This document shows, in pieces, positions 1-8,400 of a stretch of DNA of 64,000 nt. Under the pieces are notes generated by a model. The model was given only the letters and a program-made list of their open reading frames with translations. It was not told the DNA's origin and ran no database searches. The DNA is from an uncultured Verrucomicrobiota bacterium (GTDB lineage: Bacteria > Verrucomicrobiota > Kiritimatiellia > CAIQIC01 > Lenti-01). The stretch lies in assembly GCA_937872095.1 (NCBI GenBank), contig CALMNW010000014.1, positions 18,512 to 82,511 on the forward strand. Direction: 5' to 3'. Both the position numbers and the translations under genes were made by a program. Every line of letters begins with the position of its first letter. The first letter of the stretch is position 1.

Positions 1-1
1 G

Positions 2-1051
<1,050 letters not shown>

Positions 1052-1060
1052 AACCTTGAA

Positions 1061-1126
1061 ATCTCAATATTCAATATCCAATGAACAATCTTCAATATTC
1101 AGCTCCGTTGAACATTGGATATTGAA
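1061..1126. repeat. AT-rich palindromic intergenic module (14-bp perfect stem 1070-1083 / 1113-1126)
   Basis: 'ttcaatatccaatg' pairs with 'cattggatattgaa'. The 24-mer at 1061-1084 recurs exactly, inverted, at 24536-24559. Confidence 0.7.
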
Positions 1127-1159
1127 CATTGAATATTGGATATTCCTCCGGAGATCTCC

Positions 1160-1474
1160 ATGCCTTGGCTAACGGACACTCCCCAAGGCACCGTCTTGAA
1201 CCTGCGCATCGTGCCGCGCGCTTCGAAAAACGCCATCCAGGGCGAACACGGCGACGCCCTCAAGGTGCGCCTCTGCGCCCCGCCGGTGGACGGCGCCGCC
1301 AACGCGGCCCTGATCGAATTCCTCGCCGACGCCTGCGATCTCCCCCGCGCCCGCGTCCAGCTCCTCTCCGGCCAGACGTCCCGCAACAAACGGGTGCTGC
1401 TGACCGGCGTTTCCGCAGCCGCCATCCGATCCCAGATCCAAGCAGGAAAACAGGAAGGACTCAGGAAAACATGA
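1160..1474 (+). CDS. yggU: DUF167/YggU-family protein
   Basis: 'LNLRIVPRASKNAIQGEHGDALKVRLCAPPVDGAANAALIEFLA' matches the DUF167 pattern. ATG at 1160 has GGAG 6 nt upstream. The TTG at 1136 lies inside the repeat module. Confidence 0.75.
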   Translation: MPWLTDTPQGTVLNLRIVPRASKNAIQGEHGDALKVRLCAPPVDGAANAALIEFLADACDLPRARVQLLSGQTSRNKRVLLTGVSAAAIRSQIQAGKQEGLRKT

Positions 1475-1605
1475 AAATTCCGATTCCTGATTTCGGCTGT
1501 TCCTCCCAAGAATCTCCGGCTGTCCTCCTGTTTTCTTGTGTTTCCTGTATTCCTGCCAAAATTCCTTCGGCTTTTTTCTTTTCATGAGTTCCTGAGTTCC
1601 GATTG

Positions 1606-2706
1606 ATGAAACACCTCACGGAATATTCCGAACCCGACAAAATCCGCGCCCTCGCGGCGGAGATCGCGCGGATTTCGAAGCGCCCGGCGCGCATCATGGA
1701 AGTCTGCGGCGGCCAGACCCACGCCATCCTGCGCCACGCGCTCGACACGCTCCTCCCCCCGCATGTCCAGCTCCTGCACGGCCCCGGCTGCCCCGTCTGC
1801 GTCACGCCGTCCGCCTACCTCGACCACGCCATCGCCATCGCCCAGCGGCCCGACGTCGTCGTGACCACATTCGGCGATTTGCTGCGCGTGCCGTCCAACG
1901 CCTCGGGCGACCTCTACGCCGCCAAGGCCCGCGGCGCCGACGTCCGCATGGTGACTTCCCCCCTGCAGGCGCTCGATTTCGCCCGCGCAAATCCGGACAA
2001 GCAAATCGTCCATCTCGCCATCGGCTTCGAAACCACCGCGCCCGCCAACGCCATGCTGGCCTATCTCGCGAAAGAACGGAATCTGGCCAACGTCAGCCTC
2101 CTCGTCTCGCAATTTCTCGTGCCGCCCATCCTGCGCGCCATCTGCGCCGATCCGGAAACCGCCCCCGACGCCTTCCTCGCCGCGGGCCACGTCTGCGCGA
2201 TCGTCGGCTCCGATCCCTACGTTTCGCTCGCGAAGGAATTGAACCGCCCCATCGCCGTCACCGGCTTCGAGCCGGCCGACATCCTGCTCGGCGTCCTCGA
2301 TGTCCTGCGCTTGTTCGAGCAGGGAAAGGCCGAGATGATCAACGCCTACCCGCGCGTCGTCCATCCCGGCGGCAACCCCGAAGCCCTGCGCGTCATGGAC
2401 GCCGTCTTCCAGGTCTCCGACCGCGAATGGCGCGGGCTGGGCTTCGTGCCCATGAGCGGCCTGTCCCTCCGCCCGGAATACGCGGCCTACGACGCCGCCT
2501 TGAAATTCCCCTCTCAAAAAACAATTGTTTGCAAACAATTGCAGGAGGCCCCGGAGTGTCCGGCCGCCTCCGTCCTGCTTGGCAAGCTGCAACCGCCCGA
2601 CTGCCCCCACTTCGGCACGCGCTGCACCCCCGACCACCCTCTCGGCGCCCCCATGGTTTCCCCCGAAGGCCCTTGCGCCGCGTTTTATCTCCACCGGCGG
2701 GCGTAA
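1606..2706 (+). CDS. hypD: [NiFe]-hydrogenase maturation factor HypD
   Basis: 'MEVCGGQTHAI', 'LHGPGCPVCVTP' and C-terminal 'CTPDHPLGAPMVSPEGPCAAFY' are hallmark HypD motifs. Confidence 0.9.
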   Translation: MKHLTEYSEPDKIRALAAEIARISKRPARIMEVCGGQTHAILRHALDTLLPPHVQLLHGPGCPVCVTPSAYLDHAIAIAQRPDVVVTTFGDLLRVPSNASGDLYAAKARGADVRMVTSPLQALDFARANPDKQIVHLAIGFETTAPANAMLAYLAKERNLANVSLLVSQFLVPPILRAICADPETAPDAFLAAGHVCAIVGSDPYVSLAKELNRPIAVTGFEPADILLGVLDVLRLFEQGKAEMINAYPRVVHPGGNPEALRVMDAVFQVSDREWRGLGFVPMSGLSLRPEYAAYDAALKFPSQKTIVCKQLQEAPECPAASVLLGKLQPPDCPHFGTRCTPDHPLGAPMVSPEGPCAAFYLHRRA

Positions 2707-2782
2707 TCCCGCGCCGGCGCCTTCATCCGGCCTTCATTCTGCCCGCCTTGACAATTTCCGCGTCCCGGCGCACTGTGCGACC

Positions 2783-5326
2783 ATGAAATCGTTGTCGTCT
2801 CTCGCCGTTTGCTTTCTGGTTTGGCTCGCTTCCGTTTCGGCGGGTTTCGCCGCCGCAGAACCCGCAGCCGCCCTCGTCTATTTTTCCCCGTATCCGGCCG
2901 TCCCCGAACAGGTCCGCACCAACCGCGACGTCGTCCGCTGGCGCCTGGGCGATCAACTCTTCGACGAAGGCCCCTGCCTCGAAGGCGTGCCGTTCCCCGT
3001 GCTCGTCGGCACCACCCAGCAGGTCGCCGCCGTCAGCCAGCTGCTCGCCACTTCCGTCCAAACCTTCGGCCCCATGCGCGGCTATGAACAGATCCTGCCC
3101 CAGTTCTGCGCTCCGGAGCCGGAGCCCGGGCTCGGAGCGATCATCGTCACCAACGGCTATCACGACGAAGAGGCCGTCGCTTCTTTGCTGACCCAATTCG
3201 AGACAAACTTTCCCGCCTTGGCTCAAAAGATCCAGATCGGGTGCACGACCATGGGCCGGCCCATCTGGGCGCTCAAGATCTCCGACAACGTCGAGACGGA
3301 AGAACCCGAACCGCGCGTCGTGATCGACGCCAACATCCACTCGCGCGAATTCGCCCCGCCGGAAGTGGCGCTCGACGTCATCTGGCAGCTTCTCTACGGC
3401 TACACCAACAATGCCACCTTCGCCGCCTGGGTCGACGGAATGGAGATCTACGTCATCCCCTGCCTCAATCCCGACGGCCGCTACTATTGCGACACCGTCA
3501 GCACCAGTTGGCGCAAAAACGGCCGGGACAACAACCGCAGCGGCACGTGGACCTATCCGACCGACGGCGTGGATCTCAACCGCAATTCGTCGTTCTATTG
3601 GGGCAGCGACGACGAGGGCTCCACGTCCTATGCCGCCGACGACACCTACCGCGGTCCCTACCCGGCCTCCGAACCGGAAATCCAGGCCTACGACGCCTTC
3701 CTGCAACGCGTCCGCCCCGGGTTCACCTTGACCTTGCACAGCTACGAAGGATCGATTTACAGCCCCTACGGCGACTACAACGTCGGCATGCCGTCCCCCG
3801 ATCCGTTCAAACCGCTCGGCACCAACATCGCCCGCGTCTGCACCAACGACGACAATTCCGCCTACGTCTACTACAGCGGCCCGGAATTCAGCTACACCGT
3901 CAACGGCGACCGCACCGATGCGAATTACGGTCTCTACGGCATCCAAGCCTATGGGGCGGAAATCGGCTCCGCATTCCAACCCACCTACACCACGACCCGC
4001 GACAAACTCGTGCCCGGCCTCCGGCGCGGCTGGCAGCAGTTCCTGGCCGCCGCCCACACGAACTGGCCCAAGGTCCGCGGGTGGTCCACCGATCCGCTCA
4101 CCGGCCAGCCCGCGCCCGTGCGCATCCATTCGCTCAATTTCACCAGCCGCCCCAACGACGAGCATTGGACCAGCCGCGACGACGGCTTCTTCGAATGCCC
4201 GCTGCCGACCGCCGGCACCTACCGCATCGTCTTCGCGCCGCTGGGCCAGGCTTCCCTCGCCGTCACCCAGACGCTCGCCATCTCCTCCACGGCCCGCTCG
4301 ACCAATCTGGCGTTCGGCACGGCGCCCGTCCTCGGCGCGCCCACGACCAACGGCCTGATGACCTGGAGCAACCAGAACGAAAACGGCACGCTGCTCCTGG
4401 AATTCGCGGATCAAGTGGAAGGTCCCTGGATCCCGCTCCTCGCCCAGGCCAGCACCGGCCGCACCGGGCAGGTTGCGCTGCCGACGAATTCCGCCACGCC
4501 GTTCATCCGCATCCACGCTTCGGCGCGGCTCTTCTCCGCCAACACCAATCTGGCTTGCGTTCCCGCCGGCCAATTCCGGATGGGCGCCGACGGTTCCGCC
4601 GACACCAACGAGGCGCCCGCCGCCGCGATCCACGTCGATGCCTTTGCCATCGACGCCCGCGAAGTCACCTACACCAACTGGGCGATGGTCCGCCGCTGGG
4701 CCCTGACCAACGGCTACCACTTCGCCACCGGCCAATGCGGCGTCGTGTCCGGCGGCGGGGCCGCCGCCTCGAGCAACCACCCCGTCGTCAAGGTGGGTTG
4801 GTACGATGCCGTCAAGTTCTGCAACGCCCGTTCGCAATACGAAGGCCTGATGCCCGCGTACTACACGACCGCCGGGCAAACGAACGTCTACAAGTCCAAC
4901 GTCGTGAGCCTGTCCTCCGCCTGCGTGAACTGGGACGCCAACGGCTACCGCCTGCCGACCGAAGCCGAATGGGAAAAGGCCGCGCGCGGCGGCGCCACCG
5001 GCCGGGAATACCCGTGGGGCGATTCCATCGCCGCCAGCAACGCGCTCTATGCTTCCGTCGGCACGTCCAACGTGGCCTCTTATGCCGCCAACGGCTATGG
5101 CCTGCGCGATGCCGCCGGCAACGCCGCCGAATGGTGCTGGGACTGGTCCGGCTCCTATGCCGACCGGACCGATGCCAATCCAACCGGCCCGGCCACCGGC
5201 ACCCTCCGCGTCGTCCGCGGCGGCTCGTGGAGCAACGCCGCCGCCGGCCTGCGCTGCGCCGCGCGCTCGTCCCTCGCCCCCGCCGCCAGCAACACCGTCG
5301 TCGGCCTCCGCTGCGTCCGGCGGTAA
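2783..5326 (+). CDS. Secreted M14 zinc carboxypeptidase fused to a C-terminal formylglycine-generating-enzyme (FGE/SUMF1-like) domain
   Basis: Signal peptide 'MKSLSSLAVCFLVWLASVSAGFAAA'. M14 motifs 'IDANIHSREFAPPE', 'LNRNS', 'TLHSYEG', 'AYGAEIG'. FGE-type 'GYRLPTEAEWEKAARGG...YPWGD' and 'RVVRGGSWSN'. Confidence 0.8.
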   Translation: MKSLSSLAVCFLVWLASVSAGFAAAEPAAALVYFSPYPAVPEQVRTNRDVVRWRLGDQLFDEGPCLEGVPFPVLVGTTQQVAAVSQLLATSVQTFGPMRGYEQILPQFCAPEPEPGLGAIIVTNGYHDEEAVASLLTQFETNFPALAQKIQIGCTTMGRPIWALKISDNVETEEPEPRVVIDANIHSREFAPPEVALDVIWQLLYGYTNNATFAAWVDGMEIYVIPCLNPDGRYYCDTVSTSWRKNGRDNNRSGTWTYPTDGVDLNRNSSFYWGSDDEGSTSYAADDTYRGPYPASEPEIQAYDAFLQRVRPGFTLTLHSYEGSIYSPYGDYNVGMPSPDPFKPLGTNIARVCTNDDNSAYVYYSGPEFSYTVNGDRTDANYGLYGIQAYGAEIGSAFQPTYTTTRDKLVPGLRRGWQQFLAAAHTNWPKVRGWSTDPLTGQPAPVRIHSLNFTSRPNDEHWTSRDDGFFECPLPTAGTYRIVFAPLGQASLAVTQTLAISSTARSTNLAFGTAPVLGAPTTNGLMTWSNQNENGTLLLEFADQVEGPWIPLLAQASTGRTGQVALPTNSATPFIRIHASARLFSANTNLACVPAGQFRMGADGSADTNEAPAAAIHVDAFAIDAREVTYTNWAMVRRWALTNGYHFATGQCGVVSGGGAAASSNHPVVKVGWYDAVKFCNARSQYEGLMPAYYTTAGQTNVYKSNVVSLSSACVNWDANGYRLPTEAEWEKAARGGATGREYPWGDSIAASNALYASVGTSNVASYAANGYGLRDAAGNAAEWCWDWSGSYADRTDANPTGPATGTLRVVRGGSWSNAAAGLRCAARSSLAPAASNTVVGLRCVRR

Positions 5327-5416
5327 GGACCCGTTCCGAAACCGGATCGTCTGAAGATCCGGCGATGACCGGACTGGAGCGTCTCCCGGTGCGCCACGCC
5401 GGATCAGCCCCATGCA

Positions 5417-5449
5417 ATGAAAACGCCGCGCCCCTTTCGGGGCGCGGCG
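5417..5449 (-). terminator. Rho-independent terminator for the S8 protease gene
   Basis: 11-bp GC stem 'cgccgcgcccc'/'ggggcgcggcg' with loop 'tttc'. A T-run follows on the minus strand (plus-strand aaaa at 5420-5423). Confidence 0.65.
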
Positions 5450-5468
5450 CGCGCGGCGACCGCTCGGT

Positions 5469-8400
5469 CTAGGGTGCGAGCAGGCGATAGTACCGCTTCA
5501 CGTCGACGTTGTTGGTGTCCGTCAAGGTGAGATTGCCGCCATCGCCGATGCCGCTGTCCACCTCGGTCCACGTCACCGGATCCGCCAGGAGGTCGAGGCT
5601 GAATTCCAGGCGGTATTCCTGGCCGTTCACCGTCGGGAAGGTGGCGGAAGCCGGCGCGCCGCCGCTCACGTCGAACGTCCGGACCACCGGCAAGGGATAG
5701 ACGGTTATGCCCACGGCCTCCCCGTCGCTACCGTCCTTGTCGGTGGCGTAGAAGGTAACGCTGTACTCGCCCGTCGGCGCCGCGGCCGTCCACAGGAACG
5801 TGCCCAGTTCGTTCGTCGGATAGAACGCCGCGCCGGCCGGCAGATTGCTCGCCGTCAGGGTCACCGGATCGGCTTCCGTCGGCGTGGCCGACACCTCGAA
5901 CTGCAGATCGTGTCCCACGAACGTTTCCTGGCCGCCGATCGCGTTCAGCACCGGGGGCGTGCCGCCGGCGGCCGCCGTCGTCACGTTCGTCGTCTCCGAA
6001 TACGGGCTGTTGGACACGGCGTTGTAGGCTTTCGCGCGGTAGTAGTACGTCGCGCCTTCCGTCAGGCCGGTCACGACCGCCGTCGTCACGTCGCCCACGT
6101 CGAGGTTCTCGTAGCCCGGAACGTAGGCAGGAACGCCACCGCTCGTACCCCAACCCATCACGACCAGATTCGACACCCCCACACCGACTCCGGAAAGCGC
6201 ATCCAGCGACTGCCACCGAATGCGAGTCTGGGCATTGCCAAGATTGGCCGTATTGGTCAAAGTCGGGATCGTGCAGAACGTGCTGCCAAGGAAGGGATTT
6301 ACGACGCCGATGACCGTCCAGGACCCGCCATTGTCTTCCGAAATGGACAGGGTAATGTTCGAATGCGTCGTTCCGCCATAGGTGCGTGCGCGGAAATCAA
6401 CGGTCAGATTGGTAAATCCAACGGTGGAAAACGCCGGCGAGACGATTTCGGCCGCTGCATTGGTCATCTGGACGTAGGTAGTCCCGCCCAAGGCGACACC
6501 GGACCAATCCCCTGTGATCAGCGCGGGAGAAGTAGCGGCATTGCTGGCCAAGAGAAATTGTCCGCTCGCACCGCCACCGCTTGAGAACGTGTCGTTCGTG
6601 CCAACGTCCAAAATATAGCCGGTGGCGCCGGCGGAAGCCAGCCAGTTGGCGTTGAACTGTTCGGCCTGCACGCTGCTGGCCGCCTGGATGACCGGCGCCG
6701 CCAATTCCGCCGGGGCTTCGCCCACGGTGATGGCGATGGTCTCCTCGTCGGTCCCGTCCTTGTCCGTCGCGTAGAACGTCACGCTGTATACGCCGGTCGG
6801 CGTCGCGCCGAGCCACTCGAAGGTGCCCGCCTCGTTGGTCGGATAGAACGCGGAGCCCGCCGGCAGGTTGCTCGCGGTCAGCGTCGCCGCGTCGCCGTCC
6901 GTGGGCGTCGCGACGACCTCGAACAGGAGGTTGCTGCCCAGTTCGACGTACTGGTTGCCCACCGGATTCAGGATGGGCGGCGTCGGCAGGCCGGGACCCG
7001 AGCAGTCGCTCGTGTGGGTGCCCAACCCGTCGAAGGTGTCGACGGCGTAACCGTCCCATTCCGTCGCGGGATCGAAGGCGTCCACGGTGTTGGTGTCGCC
7101 CACCTTGATCGTGCTCTTGCGGCGCAGGGTATTGTCGGCGGTGGACGTCAGGTTGGTGCCCCATTCCGAACCCGGATCCGTGCCGACCACGCCGATGGAG
7201 TCCACCACCGGACCGTTCGTTCCCCCGCTTCGCAGGACCACGGCATCGTCGCCGTTGAAGGTCAAGACGGCGCTGGTCATGTCGGCCAGGGCCAGCAACG
7301 CGGCGTCCGCCGAACTGTTGGCCAGCACGAACACGTCCTGCGACGGAATCGTTCCGGTCAGGGGAATCGTATAGCCCACGCTGGTCGCTCCGTTCTGATA
7401 ACCCATAACGTAGTACTGGTCGGCCGTCAGGTCGATGGCTTCCGCCGTCGGGTTGTAGATTTCCAGCGCCTTGTTGTTGCCTGAACCTTCGACGTATTCC
7501 GAGACGAGCACGTGGCAGTTGGTGTCGACGAACGGCGTCGGCTGGACATCGATGGAGATCGTCTTCTCGGTCGTGCCGTCCTTGTCCTCGGCATAGAAGC
7601 TGACGTAGTAGGTCCCCGTGGGAGCGGGGCTGTCCCAGATGAAGGTGCCGGCGCTGCTGCCGACGCCGTTGGTGAGCGGGAACGTCGCGCCGGCCGGCAG
7701 GTTGCTGGCCGTCAGCGCGATCGGATCGCCGTCGTAGGGATCCGTCGCGACGACCGCGAAGCTCAGCAGGTTGCTTTCGACGATGCTCTGGTTGGGCAGG
7801 TAGCCGAAGACCGGCGGCTTGTTGCTGCCGCAGCACAGCGGTTCGGAAGCCGTCACCGAAATCGACCAGCCTTGCGCGATGCTGCCGGAATCCACCTCGA
7901 ACTGGTCGGCGCAATACAGAGACCACGTGCCGTTGGGATTGCCGCCGTTGAATTCGGACAACGAAACGGCATACGGCTCGGCGGGTCCGGGCGACGGCAG
8001 GGCCAAGGGATCGCCGCCGGGGAGATACGTGCCCGAAACCATCGGATCCGCGATGGACGCGCCAGCTTCGTCGTCGAACGTCAGCGTCACGCCGCTGACG
8101 GACGTTTCCCCGCCGGCCCCGCCCATCAGGCAGACCTTCTGACCGTCCGGGCTCACCAGCACGACGTCCACGTCGGAGGGATAGTCGTGCGCGAACCCGC
8201 GCAGAGTGGCCGTGACCTTGCTGATGGTGCCCGGCAGGTTCGAAATGGAGAGAGTGCTGGGATACGGCGAGGCGGCGGCGTAGTCCACCAGCGTGATGGC
8301 CGAGGCGTTCGTCCGGGATTGTCCGACGTCCGAGGTTCCGCCCAGGCCGAACTCGAAGAGGACCACGCCCAGATCGAGGCCGTTGTCGTCCAGCGTCAGC

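Noticed and set aside
2723-5413. 896-aa minus-strand ORF, plus 743-aa and other alternate-frame ORFs overlapping the M14-FGE gene
   Set aside because: It is antisense or out of frame to a gene with clear domain motifs. Composition is Gly/Ala/Arg/Pro-rich low complexity, typical of spurious ORFs in very GC-rich DNA.
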